Source: Dicyema japonicum
Lineage: Eukaryota; Animalia; Dicyemida
Assembly (NCBI GenBank): GCA_011109175.1
Contig: RDEW01000035.1
Coordinates: 124,001-188,000, forward strand
Length of the DNA stretch: 64,000 nt
Direction: 5' to 3'
Position numbers and translations under genes: made by a program. Every line of letters begins with the position of its first letter. Within the stretch, counting starts at the first letter, position 1. Shown here piece by piece: positions 48,360 through 61,680 of this stretch. The notes beneath the pieces were generated by a model. That model did not search any database. It was not told the DNA's origin and saw only the letters and a program-made list of their open reading frames with translations.

Positions 48360-50630
48360 AATCGAGAGGTTTTACTTGTGTTCTTCCAGAGTACCCACGG
48401 CTTTCCTGTATCGACGACGATCATCTTTCATTAAGAGTTGAAGGGGGGTAGGTTTTTCTCCCAATTTACGTGTATTTGAGGCTTCTAGTCTTAAATGGAA
48501 GAAACGACTTGTCTCATGACCACTCAGACCGATGAAACCGGAGCCGTTGTTTTTGATTGAGGCGTGATCAAGAATTGGGGGAAAGATCGGCAGGTAGATT
48601 TGTTTGACGTGCAAGTTTGCCTGTTAGGGAATTGATCTTGTATAAATTGGATATTGAAACTCCATAAGCCCATGAGGCACAAGCATACTCTACCGTCGGT
48701 TTTAGAAATTAATTGTACAAGATGACAGCGCATTCCCGTGACGGCCTGGACTTTAAGAGCGGTTTCATTATATTCAGTTTCTTGAGATCCTTTGTCATAA
48801 AGTTCTTCACATGTTGAGAAGATGTCATCAAAAGGTCAAAAGTCACTCCCAGAATAGTTGGATGAATCTGTAAAGGTAAAGAGTATCCATATATGCTCAA
48901 ATCCAATGTATATTTTTCTTTTCTGTCTGTGGTGAAGATAGCATACGTTGATTTATCCCTGGATATGGAGAGACGATTCAAATTCAACCAGGCTCCCAGG
49001 TCATCAATATGTGACTGAAGCTCTGATTTTGCCATTTCCACGTATTTGCTCCTACTAGCGATAATTAAGTCGTTAGCATATGTGTGAAGCATTGAATCTA
49101 ATCCTCCAATGCAGGGTAAATCGTTTAGGAATTAATTGAATAACGCCGGAGAGAGAGGCGATCCTTGAGGGACGCCATTTGGTAGAAGACGGGACCTCGA
49201 TCTTGCATGGCCTATATAGACAAGTCTTCTTCCGGAAAAAATTGGCTATTCATCTTTTCAAAGTCAGCTGAATGGTGGTGTCAAAAACTTTTTCGTGAGT
49301 AATGTTCTCGGGACAGAATCAAACGCCTTCTGTGTGTCCAGGAGACCAATTTTTTCCGTAGATGGCGTTTCGGTTCGTTGAACCCTTCTGTTATAAATTG
49401 AGACAGTGAAGTCAAATATGTCGTAGTTGAACACTCACATTCGAAACCATGTTGGAATTGGCATTCGGGCAAATGGAGTTTAATTTTCCAGAGTACAAGT
49501 TTCTCAATTAGACGCGAAAATACGCACGTCAATGAAATGAGGAGACGCTTCTCCGAGTCCAGAGTAGGCTTGTAAAATTTGTAAACTGCACGTGGGACAA
49601 ACAACTTATCAGCTCGAAGGATTACATGGTTTAGATGGTCCACTGCTTTGTCGATGGAGCAAAATGAGCTGGGATCAAAATGTATTAGGTTATGGTCAAT
49701 GAAGAGCTTGAAATTTGACAGTCAGCTTTCTTGTAGACCTTGAAGGTTGCTTTTTTTACGTGAGTTATTGAATCGGCTCAGATTTATTATAATCGGATTA
49801 TGATCACTATGAAAATCGTAGGAGACGTTCCATGAAATCTTCGGGGCAATCCTAGAGAAGGCAAATGGATATGTCGGGGGAGGTTAGGTTGTCATTTCTT
49901 CGGACTGTGTCCTTAGAAGATGTTCGGGTGATTCAGAATCGCCATTTTTTCGAGAGAGTTGATAATTAGACTCCCCCTTTGTCTGCTGACTGGGTATTGA
50001 ACCATTGCGGATGTTTGGCGTTGAAATCCCCACATAGTAAAACATTTCGAATTTCGTGCTGTTTGTCGAGCTTCGGAACATAGTTATTAGGACAGGATCC
50101 CGGCGGGGAATGTAATTGTTGATTAGAATAGGATGTTCTGACCCATTAATAAGATCAATTGAAATTTGTTCCGCGGTCCTGTCGTGTAGAATTAAATCAT
50201 CCACTTGCGAGCTCACATCATGGATGGATAAACCGTTTTTAATAATAGTAAGTAAGCCCCCACCACGTCCAATACGGTCTTTCTGATAGAGATGTATCTA
50301 GGAAAAAGTGGGGTTGTACTCTTTGTAGAAAGTTTTGACTCCTGGATAAGGCAAATGTCACTCTTGTGCTTCGTTGATAGACATCGTAACTCCAGAATCT
50401 TTGTTTTATACCGTTAGCATTGAGTTGCATAATAACAAGGTTTTTGGTCCTGGGTTTTGTTCAATATCTCCAGAAAGCAATAGAATCCAGGGGAACAAAC
50501 AACATCTCGAGTCTCCAGTTGAGGTATACCATCCAGGCATACGAAAAGTCTGGATAAGGAAAAATGGTTCTTTGGGTATTATTCGACACTGAGCCCCACC
50601 ATAAAAGGTGAACCCATGACGCCACGCTAA
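48360..50630 (-). mobile_element. APE-RT LINE copy D with 5' RNA motif and 2A
   Basis: ILLLSGDIEQNPGP (50445-50471), NNYIP endonuclease, FQHGFE, VPQGSPLSP, YAND. Confidence 0.87.
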
Positions 50631-53600
50631 CATTACAAAACTTAACCAACAAAAATTGGTGTAAATCTTTTATAAAATACTTTCACACATAATAATTACT
50701 TAAGATTAATCTCTATTAGTAAAAATAATGATTTTATATAAAAATGAACAAATTATTCCGAAACTTAAGTATTGATTAATTTTCAATAAACATGACAGAT
50801 GTTGGCACCTGTCAAATCACCTGTCATCACGCTCAACGCTCGATCACTCTCAGCGCTAATGGCATAATAATTTTTGCTCTTTCGCGATTCCAAGTTCATG
50901 ACTCATTATGTCCAGCAATGACCAGAGAAAACAATGTCATTATAAGACATGGCAAAAAATTCTGGAAGTGATCTATGATACGCATATGTGATTCTCTCGG
51001 CTTGTTGAAGTTAAAATTAATGAATTAACAGTTGGAAATGTGCTAAACAAATGTGAGAAAAAAATCAACCTGCTGAAATGCTAACGGGCAATGAAAAATC
51101 AGAAACAATCCAATACTAAAAACACTTTACTACAATCATATTGAAACTTGGATTTTCTATGCATTTGCCTCAGAGGACCTTACATCTCTTGGACTAATGC
51201 ACTGAAAATCGCGCTACACAAAAAGGACTTTTGGAATTACAAAGAAATGGTCTACGGACAAAAGGAACGTGATACCCACACACTTGGAGATCCTTATCTG
51301 AAGGAGTAACGGAGGAAAACTGATCAAACGTTATTAGGAGAAATCCTGACCTAACGAGTTGTGTAGAACCGAGGGAGAGCATCGAATCGAGTTAAGAGCC
51401 TGGATTAATTTGTCGTGATCACATGTTTGTTTTCCGTTTTAACGATGTCTTGGAATAAATATTTGATTTAAGTTTGAGGCAATGAATCAGATTCCAATAA
51501 ACTAGAAGAACCACGGGAGAATCAGTTAGACTGTAAGCTTTGAGAGTCAATATTTTGTCACTACACTTTCACTCAGTTTAACTCTTTTTGTTATTAATAA
51601 GCACGTGTTAGAATAAAAATAGGTTTTTTTGGAAGAACAAAATTTCAAATGAAATCGTATGCAACAGACTAGGGATCGAATCGGAATAATGACTTTTCTT
51701 GTCAAACAGATCCCACCCGTGAGCGACGAATCCTTCTGACACAACAAGTAGTTGGAGGAATCTTCTTACTTTCAACCTGGTAAGACGTGTGATGAAAATG
51801 GAAGAAGGTGGATCTACTTTTGCACTTCTCGTATGAAGCGAAACCAATAATAAACTATTGTAGAATAGATTTGGTCATCATAAACATAACTTCTTTAGAT
51901 CATTTATCCGTGAATGTTTGTGCTGGGCTTACTAAATATTGTTATCCTGGGGTTAATAAATATAATGAATATAAGACTTTCTTGTGACAAAATAAAAAAC
52001 AATTTCTATCTAATAATTCAATTATAAATAAAACCTGAAATCGCATTATTAAAATTAACTTGTGTATACTTTGTCACACGTGTCGTAAATTTTTTGAAGA
52101 ATTTTACTTCCATTGAGGGGGATGTCCATGAAATAGTCTCCAAGCCTTCGGTGAGTTGTGAATAAAGTCAAAGCTGACTTTTCTGCATTTGTAAGTGATT
52201 TTTTGTAAAGCCATAAACTAAGATCATAAGATATAATAGAAATTGTGTTTGACGCCACTATAGGCAAATAATCGAAATTGTAAATATGCATCCACATACA
52301 CCACGTGGTAGGTTTTCTACAATTGGGTTTTAGTTTTGGTTATATTAAGAAATTCACATACCGCTGAACGATCATAATTTTGGGTTAATGACTCATCATG
52401 ATTTTTTTAATTTAAATGAATTTTTTAACTTTTCTAACGATCCTTGTATAAATTCAATCAGTTTTCTTGATTTACTAATGTTTTCAGTCTTGTTAAAAAT
52501 AATATTGTCATCCAGCATAACTCATATAATATTGCATATAAAACATTTGGTAAAACATTATTTTAACTTTAAAAAGAATTCAGTACATGTTAGCACGTGT
52601 TACTGCTATTATTTGGATCATTGATGGAAAGACTGGAAATTTTTTTTAATATCTATGAAAGGATTTCGAACACTCGGGGAATTGATTTTTGTCATTTTGT
52701 TGAATGAATTTTAAGATTATAATTTGTTAGATTTTTTCAATCTTATACAACACTGTGACCGAATGGTTAAGTGAAAGAAGTTCCGGATCAAAATCCAGTA
52801 GGTTAATGTTCAATTTGGTTGAAGATTCTACGCATCTACTACCTTCTGGCAATATCTTGACTGTCTTCAAGTAAACAGCCAAGTTTGTTGGTTTTTCGCT
52901 ATGTTTCATTTGATCTACTTGAATTTCTCTTGATTTTCACAATGTCAGTTTTTGCGGTGTTCATTCCATGGAACCATCGGTTCAGAGCTTTGTGTTATAT
53001 AGCAACTCTCTGATCATACTGACAGAATCAGGGTACAAGAATTGTTCCAGTATTCTGAGTTTAGACCACGGCGGACCGTGTCAAAGGTCTTGGAGAGGTC
53101 TATTCCCAGGACTGTTGTTGCACAAATGATTAGTTATTTAAATAATATTTTGTATTTTAATTTAGTTAATATTTTGTGTTGTCTGCTGGACTTACGTACC
53201 ACTCTATTACTTAGAGATGCCTTTTCAGTACACAAATTAATCTATCTCTTTGGAGGCACCTTGCTACTTAAAAATGCAACAGCTCAATACGGTCGATTCC
53301 CCATTCAAAATTAAAGGAAAACACAGATAGCTTTCCAGCCAAGGTATCTACCACTTTCCCATTAGAAGAGAGTTGTTCCGTCAGGTCTTTTGTCGGCTTG
53401 TGGAACTCTAAATAAATCGGGTTAAAAATTATTCCAAAAACCCAGAGTGACAAACTAGCTAACTCTTTGATGCTGACTGTCTCCAGGTAACGAAGTTGTC
53501 CCCGGGGAAAGAATATGTGGATCCTCTAGATGCCGGCGTCTCATTAGTAAGGTCGATCCAATGACGCCATCAGAAAGAAGGAAATAATTATTACCAACTA

Positions 53601-55139
53601 GCCACATAGCACCACATGGCGGCACGCGGCTTTAAAATTAAAATAACTTTTAATTTTAAAGCCAAATTATTATAATTCCGGATTTGGGCTTAAAACATGC
53701 ACTTTTTATGGTTGCTTTTGACTATCAAATTCATAGGATTTAACTTAATTTGCCTAAACTTTTCTGGGTTCCACACTTGCACATATTTTGGCTCTGCAGG
53801 ACTTGCATACAATGTCTGAAACTTAAGTCCCCCAGGGACCAAAAAATACAACTTTGAGTTTTTGCATTTATTGATTGATGTGGCGTGACCTTGAATGCTA
53901 ATTTCCAAAGCTTTAACTTAACTTTAATTCAATTTCCCACTCCAGGCCATCAATTATTATAGAATAAACTAAGTTTATGCTTTGGGAAAATCAATTGACT
54001 GCTAGCCCGGAAAAGTCGGTGTTGACCTTATTCACGACAAACAGAAGACTAGGGAAAGTATCAATTGAATTTTGTCTTTTAATGAGTTTCGATTGTCGCC
54101 TGAAGGCGTTCTTGGGAAACTTAAGAGACAAAAAAGATCTGAGTGGACTGGATGTCATATACAAACAGTTCATCGGGGCTACAATAGGATACGCATGTAA
54201 TGTCTAGGGATCTAACCTTGCTGCAACGAATTTGTACAAGATCTGCAATATTCAACTGAAGGCAGCGAACCTACTAAGGATATTTTCAGAAACCTTGAAA
54301 ATATGCAATAAAATATTTAATATTTGAAATCATCATACTCGCGTATTGTATCACTCATCTGACTATTTGACTTAAATTTTGAATTATATTATTAATGAGG
54401 TCAGAGATGAGTCACATATTATTTAATATGGATCTTGCTTCTAAGGGTGTGAACTCATCATTATGTTTCTTTTTAGCCGGCCAATCAGCAGCTAGGTGAA
54501 CATATAAAGGCACGTCACAACCTTATTTTTTTCTTACAGTCACCTTCACTAGTCTCGTATATAAACATAGTCATCATTTTAAGGTTAAAATTGTCTCGAT
54601 ACTAATCACCTGGGATGACCTTGTAACATCAAGTCCGTGAGTATACGACAGGTCACTGAATATCAGCGAAAGGACAAATATTCAACCTCTCACAACAACA
54701 ATCAATGTTTTGCGGCGGAATAGAGAGCTTAATGAAGTAATCAATGAGATTCACTCTCGGTTTGATAGGAAAGAATTTTATGAGAATAGTGAAGGAGATT
54801 GTGCTGGATCGCATAATCTTCTAGCATGGTATTTACATGTGGTCTTATGAATTAAGATTGCTTGTTTATCAAGTTCATAGATAATCCTAGCGTTCGATTT
54901 GTAGAAATGTTTAGCTGGTCTACTATGGCAAAGCTCTAATGCACTCAATTTCTTCATCCTCTCAAAGTGATTGTAACCCATTAATGGTTCAGGAGGTATC
55001 GGGTATGCAAACATTAGGAAATAAGGAGACATTAACGTTTGTTGGAATCTCGTCTGTCACAAAAATAGTATAAAATTTGTTATTGCAATCAATATTGAAT
55101 ATAAATCAATGTTGAATTGGCTTATTTGATGTTAAATTT

Positions 55140-55600
55140 ATAATTACTATCCCAGTAGAGACCGGTTCCCGAGGAATGGCACCATCAACGAGATCGTGAA
55201 GCGCTCTCTTGAGGCTGGTGAATTCACGTCATCTCTAGAACCGGTGAGACTGGATCATGGAGATGCACCTGGACGGGGTAACTGTATTCCGCATCTCTCG
55301 GAGAAGATGTTTGATTTGAAATGGGGCATGCAGCGACACCTTTTTACAGTTGATACTTACTGGCTCCGCCTTGAAAGCTAGGGATTGCTCGAACATTCGA
55401 GAGTTTCAAAATAAGAAAATATGACAGCTTCTCAACAAAATTCTATGTATAGCCTGTAGTCGTCAAAACGAGCGCACTTTTCGGGACCAAGATCGCTCGG
55501 ATTCATGATAACGAAAGCGAGTAACAAACTTTGCGAAACCGAGTGCTATTCCAAGAATTCTCTGGCAGTTATCAGGAGAAACAGCCACTCAATTAGCTCA
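55140..55600 (+). mobile_element. CRE REL remnant
   Basis: INEIVKRSLEAGEFTSSLEPVRLD..PDGVTVF. Confidence 0.7.
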
Positions 55601-55637
55601 AATGGAGTATTTTGATTGTTTTGCTACATAATAAATA

Positions 55638-57562
55638 CAGTAAACTCTCTCAAATATGCCAATTCTAAAATTTGCCAACATTTTTAAAAATTATTTTTAT
55701 TTTTTAAAATATGCCAACATTTTTTAAAAATTATTTTTATTTTTTAAAATATTTTTAAAAAATTAAATAATTTAAAGAAGATATGGTCGGAATGTTCTTG
55801 TTGGGGTTTAACCAGAGTTTCAATTGCTCAAAAAGTGGAAATATTGGGGAATAAAGAAGCCAATAAATCAGCTTCATGTCAGACGACATGCAACAGATTT
55901 TCTTCTACTTTCAAATAGAGAATCTCTAGAAGAACAGTAAATTAAATATTAAATGCAGAAATGCATCTATTCTGTTCAAGAACAGAAATCCTAAACTAAA
56001 AACTTGTAAAAAATTAAAATACCCAGAGTTTGATGATAATCTATTAGATGGATTCAATGGAATTCAAAAGGTACACAATTTACTCTAACATTTAAGGTGC
56101 TTTATTAAACTATTCTCTATTATCACATAAGGCAGAATTTTTCGCAAAAAAAATTTCGTAAACTAATTTAAAAAATTCTTACGGGTTTTTGGAGAAATTT
56201 AAAAAAAGACATGGATTTCGAATGCGTGAATTACACTGCGAAAAGCCACTGAAAAACATGTTGATATTGATGACTTTTTAAAAGAATTTAAAGAAGTTTC
56301 AAAGAGTTAATTGTCTGAAACTATTTATAATTTGAATGAGACAGTAATATTTTTTAAATTGATTCCTTCTCGGTGCATTTGCAAATTTCCTTTCGGGGGA
56401 TATAAAAATTTCAAGAATAGAGTTTCAATAATGCTTTGCGCCAATATGTCAGGGATACATAAGTTAAAACCATTATTGATTGGGAAACCAAACATGTCCC
56501 GATGTTTCAAGAAATATGATTATAATTTCTTAGTTACTTGTTACAATTCTCAAAGGGCATGGACGACTTCATCAATTTTTGCGAATTGGATTACAAATTA
56601 TGACAATCTATTGAAAATTGAAAAAATATCAATTTTGTAATAAATGGATAATTGCCCATCTCATTGCCCACCTCTTTATCTGGAAAATACTAAAATTATG
56701 TTTATTCCAAAGTACAGGACTTATTCAACCTATGTATCTGGGAATCATAAAATATTTCAAAGTTCATTTTACAAGGCACAAATTACTATATTTAACGGAT
56801 ATGTTGGAATGCGAGAAGAACTCAGTATATGAATCATACAAGAGGTTAAATCTTAGAGATACTACATTGTTTGTAAAATTGGCATAGGATGATATGGAAT
56901 CTAAACAATTTCAAACTGTTTTGAAAGTCTAGAACGTACATAATGCGAATCAGAACTTACTAACATAAATGCAACAGAGAAATCGTATCCAGAACATATA
57001 TTTATGATCCTATTGAATTAGAAGAATTTATTTGATTACAGTGAAAAGGAGGCAATTGATGATGAAGGATAAATTAATTGCTATTGAGGAACAAAAAGAA
57101 TCCGGTAGTGTAGAAGTACATGAGTCATTAAACAAGGCTAAAATGCTTTTAAAATTAAGAAAGATTGAAAATTATCTTTTAGAAAACATTGAAAATGATA
57201 ATAATGCAGAATTCATTACTTATATAAGATATAAAGAAAATATTACAAATTCTAATAAGAGGCAATTGGGAATTGAGTATTATTTTAATAAAATTTAATT
57301 AATTTTTGTTTCCTTGGTTAAAAATATTGTTTTCCTTAAAAATAAAATTTATTAATTTAAAAAAGTTTAATTATCCTTTTATAAACGGGAGCCGTTGGTC
57401 CAATGACGGCTGAATTCTTGCAAGAACTCGGAGGATTGCTTGCCAGAAAGTTTAATAAATTAATTAAAAATTCAAATAAAATTTTATTCTGAAATCTGCC
57501 AATTCTCAAATTTGCCACAATTTCGCTGGAACCAAAAATGGCAAATTTGATAGAGTTTACTG
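55638..57562 (+). mobile_element. pogo/Tigger DNA transposon, degenerate
   Basis: TIRs CAGTAAACTCT / AGAGTTTACTG with TA on both sides; DDE_1 motifs (ETIYNLNET, RVSIMLCANMSG, MDNCPSH). Confidence 0.9.
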
Positions 57563-57735
57563 TATATAATTTATTAACCACTTCACTTTAATCATGGACA
57601 TATTAATTATTATCCAAGTATACAAAAAGACGTGCGGGAAGCGATCTGGCTGAGGCAACGAATTGGGATTGCAGTTGTCAGCGGAAACGCTTAATCCGTA
57701 ATGTCAGCAGCCGCTGTCCCCCATAGTTAATAAAT
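57385..57735 (+). mobile_element. CRE C-terminal remnant split around the pogo right TIR
   Basis: TGAVGPMTAEFLQELGGLLARK (57385-57452) continues as DVREAIWLRQRIGIAVVSGNA (57626-57735). Confidence 0.75.
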
Positions 57736-57921
57736 AATATTTTATTGTTAGAAAATAAAAAAATGACAAAAGTTAAAAAAAAGTATACAGAATAACTAAT
57801 AACTATATAAAAATGGTATCAATAAATATTAAATTTAATTGGCCTACTCTACTTGATCTCGACAGTTTTGCGATTGCAATTGAAATTAATCTTCATCCTA
57901 TAACAAAAAATAATTTTTGTT

Positions 57922-58012
57922 CCACTTTGATTTTGGTAAGACCCACTTTGCTTTTGGTAAGTACCACTTTGCTTTTGGTGAGACCCACTTTGCTTTTGGT
58001 GAGACCCACTTT
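57922..58012. repeat. 21-bp minisatellite, 4.3 copies
   Basis: ccactttgcttttggt(a/g)agac units. Confidence 0.92.
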
Positions 58013-58269
58013 AAACCTGAAATGGTATAGTTACATATTGCAATCAATATTGAAGCAATAATAGAACAGCACTGTATAGAATGGTCCACTGTGTTCAGAG
58101 GCGGAAGAGATAACTTTCTTGTAATTTTGCAAAATAATAATAAAAAATCAATACAACTAAACTACAAGAGCAATCCCACGTGCAGCAACCATTACATCAT
58201 AATTACCTAATCATATGATCACATTAATAAAAAAACAAATAAATTAAACAGTAAAATTACCAATATCAT

Positions 58270-58914
58270 GCATAATATGCCCATTCTTCATCTTAACCAA
58301 CTGCAACACAGAGTCTAGGAGTACCCCATGTGTATCCATCATATCATCTCTCACATTGACAAACTACAGTCATCAACAGCACAGCCTTCATTCTCTCAGA
58401 ATACAGCTATTTGAAGGTGGAAGTGATCTTGCTTTGCATTTCCTCATTTTCATATCTCTCATGATTACAGTTCAAATCAGGACAACTCTTCTCTAGGAAA
58501 ATACAAGGTCAGGTTCTGGCATTCCCTGGTCTGGGGACCTACACCATTCCACAGAAAGTCCCTTCGCACGGAATAGGACACTCCAGAATAGTAATAACGA
58601 TCAAGAATCACCACAGTATCTGCTGACAAGGCAGACTGGATTTTCTCACTAAAACATTAAGATTCGGGTACATTAGTTCCCATCGATTCGCTGAGAAGAG
58701 GAGATGAATGGCTCTATCGTCTAATTCTATCTCCTTCTACCAATATGGGTGTCCCGAGCTGTTTATTAGTTAAATGAAAACCAGGAAATGACATTAGCAA
58801 AGTATTTATTCCCAATTTACTTAAAGATTCAGACAAAAGTAGACATTGAGTTGATTTTCCCACTTTGTCTATTCCTTCCAAAACAACGAGAAACCCACAA
58901 AGTCTACTTTTCAT
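58270..58914 (-). pseudogene. DTYMK: Thymidylate kinase, disrupted
   Basis: VLEGIDKVGKSTQ P-loop, FPARDTHIG, IHLLFSANRWE, ILDRYYYSG, PEPDLVF, HERYE; 23-nt introns 58759-58781 and 58649-58671; short deletion, frameshifts and an in-frame TAG; 3' end approximate. Confidence 0.82.
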
Positions 58915-59214
58915 AATCAAATTGTGGCGGTTGATTTTAAATTTAAATAGTCTCAAAATTAATCTTTTGAATTAATTAATATAACTTAAATAAATTTAAC
59001 AAAATGACAATGATAAACAAATTTAAAACTAACTAAGGATTTTAGATGCTGTTTTCAGAGAAGGTGGTCTTGAAAATTTCGGCAGCCGTCCTGTACGTTC
59101 ATGTGCGGGCACGAAGGAAGAACACCGGGCAAAGATGAGTTCTTTGTTAGAATGCATCGGGATCACGTGATTATTAGTTTGCTTTTACCGTGGTCTTGAA
59201 TTAAATAAAAAAAA

Positions 59215-60690
59215 GTATGCCGACGATGTGGTTCCATTTGGAAAAAAAGCTATACTTTTATCCTTACGAAATGGACCAACAAGGAAGCCTGTGTCGATGT
59301 GAGATATTGAAGCAAACCTAGTCCAGCCAGAATAGTTCAACTCAAAAATAAATGGAATCAAGAACAAGATACTTTAACTTGGGAGTTATTTGAAAGAACA
59401 CCGCATCGACATGTTGTTAATTCAAGAAACAAATTTTCCCAAAAAAATGCCACACCAAGATTTCCGAGATTCATTCATTCGTCGTGACAGATCACGGAAA
59501 CTTGGTGGACCTCATAGTAATTCGAAACAGAATTCCTTTGAGAATATAACTGACAATGTCCACACTATGCTTCACTAGTATGGAAATCTCGAATTTGTGG
59601 CTACCAAATCCGATTCCTAAGACTTTCAGTAACATTTTTCAACGCACATCTCCCGCCTTTGAGTTCCTGCTCCTCTTGTGCTCCCAGATTCTCTCACTTT
59701 ACTGAAAGATGGGATTATCTGTGATGGATTCAATGCGAAGCACCCATTGTGGTTGACGGGACTAGCCCATGACAAAAGGGGAAAGATGAGAATTGAGGAC
59801 CTTCATAATCTCATAATAAAACTTATTCAAAAAACCTAACTAATAATGAACCAATGTCCTATCCCAAAATCTATTCTGAGTCCGGTCTCAAGGATCATCG
59901 AAAGGCTTCTTCTGTACAGATTCATCTCAACACCTCGACCCAACACGGATTCGGGAACTATCGATCACAACCCTTACGTAATTCATTGCGGAAGGTTTTA
60001 ACTCCCCCAAACCCCATCAAATGACAGTATTTATATCCGTGGACATCACAAAAACGTTCGACACAGTCCCCAGGAAATTCCTTAAAAAGAAGATATTTGA
60101 AACGAACATCCACCTGAACTTGAAGCTCAAGTACTCTGCAACAACATCAAATCAAGATCTCGCTATTTCCAAATGGGGTCCCTCAAGGCTCACCACTCAC
60201 ATTTACATAAACGACATGCCACAAACTTGTAATGAGAACTTTCTAATCCTCTCTTACAGCGACGATATCATTCTTGCCTCCAAGAACAAGTGCATTCATT
60301 TAGCGACTCAGTCGACCGACAAATGTTTGAAAATGGAACTGTAGCTCGAGAATCGAAGATTGATACATCAGGTACAAAGTCCTCTGTAACCCTGTTTACC
60401 ACGTACAAAAGACAGCTCTGTGTCGATCCAAATATCCTTATGAAGAACGAGGCTATTCCTATTAACAAAAACAATTCTGAGGTCACAAATGATCAGGGAC
60501 TCTCATTTATCGACATTTGAGAACAAAGTAAATTCTGCTCTGAAGAAAATGAGAATCCTAAAAGTGATCTCAAAAACAGTCAAAGACTAAACTGGGAGCC
60601 TTGTCAGTTTATGAACAATTTATCCGACCCACGATGACGTATGCAAGTCCTTCATAGGAAATGTAGATTTCACACTCTTTGTCATTCAAC
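59215..60690 (+). mobile_element. Family-1 LINE copy, heavily deleted, with degenerate 2A
   Basis: Collinear with 1120-3600; GDIEANPSP-like 59301-59325; preceded by another LINE 3' stem-loop at 59160-59210. Confidence 0.85.
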
Positions 60691-61654
60691 TACCCGTAGT
60701 CCATGAGCAGCAATAAAGTTAGACATTCCTGAGTCGAATAAATCACATGAAGCAATTGGCTTAAGTGTGATATCCAACCACTATCAGTACTTTCCTGATA
60801 AATTAGATTATCATATAATTCTGCATATAATAGAGCGAAGATTATAATTCCAATAAAATGGTTGTTTTGTTGTGTTAACAAATTCAGGTAAAACCTCCAA
60901 TAAATTATAAAAATAATCAAAATAGGATGATAATAAGACGGCCTCGTTTTTCGATTTGGAGTCTATTTTGATTCCACAGGACTCATACGAAGAGGCGATA
61001 TATAATGCTATATCATTCATTAATAGGTTAATCAATATGGGGGAACACCGAGATTATGTTTGACTTTCATTTATTTTAGGGAATCGATCCGAATATTCCA
61101 CATTAATTTGGTTTTCTTATCTGTCAGGTTAGTTTGGTTTTTTATTACAATCGATTTTTATTTTCAATGAAAATTAGTATTATTAATTTCAATCTAAGCT
61201 GCTTGAATGGGTGGGCTATTTCCGCTGACAATGGCTATAGAGACACGCTCTCTAGATCCTTGGACACCTTTTGGATCATTGAGTTGTCTCACGTAGACCC
61301 TTGGTGACCTTTTCGATTATTATCCAGTTTCACGTTACTCCTAGGTGACCTTTGGATCATTTAGCCGATCCGACAACTAGATCTTGTGGGCCAAGGATTC
61401 TTGACGTCTCAAAAACAAATGATCCTCCGAAATGCTTCAGTACTTCCTTCTCTTTTGATCCTTGACTTGGTTAGAAACATAACCTAGATCTGACACTAAA
61501 ACAGCCAAATTAATCGAAGAGTACGTCACAGCACACGTAGCGCTCCATATCGGGTTTCGAAAATTAGCGAATGAGAAGATCATCATCCCATCGGGCGCTT
61601 ACCATCACTCAGGGGAAGACCAGATTAAAAACTAATTGTATTTGGATATTAATA

Positions 61655-61680
61655 CAGTAAACTCTCTTACTTGCCAATTA
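61655..61680 (+). mobile_element. Solo pogo TIR-like end
   Basis: TA-CAGTAAACTCTCTT..TTGCCAATT. Confidence 0.55.

Noticed and set aside
47279-50858. 16-nt inverted match GATCACTCTCAGCGCT as TIRs of a 3.6 kb element
   Set aside because: No TSD or transposase seen; the interval is filled by unrelated retroelements
54778-55032. SPYFLMF as an integrase C-terminus
   Set aside because: Single short motif with no DDE core nearby
57626-57735. GC island as a standalone ncRNA
   Set aside because: Translates to the CRE C-terminus (REAIWLRQRIGIAVVSGN)
57922-58012. CRISPR-like array, and ORFs 57813..58061 / 57898..58089 as repeat proteins
   Set aside because: Contiguous 21-bp units without unique spacers, eukaryotic context; the ORFs are a by-product of the 21-bp period
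60690-61035. Overlapping minus ORFs as a host gene
   Set aside because: No recognisable homology or supportable exon chain
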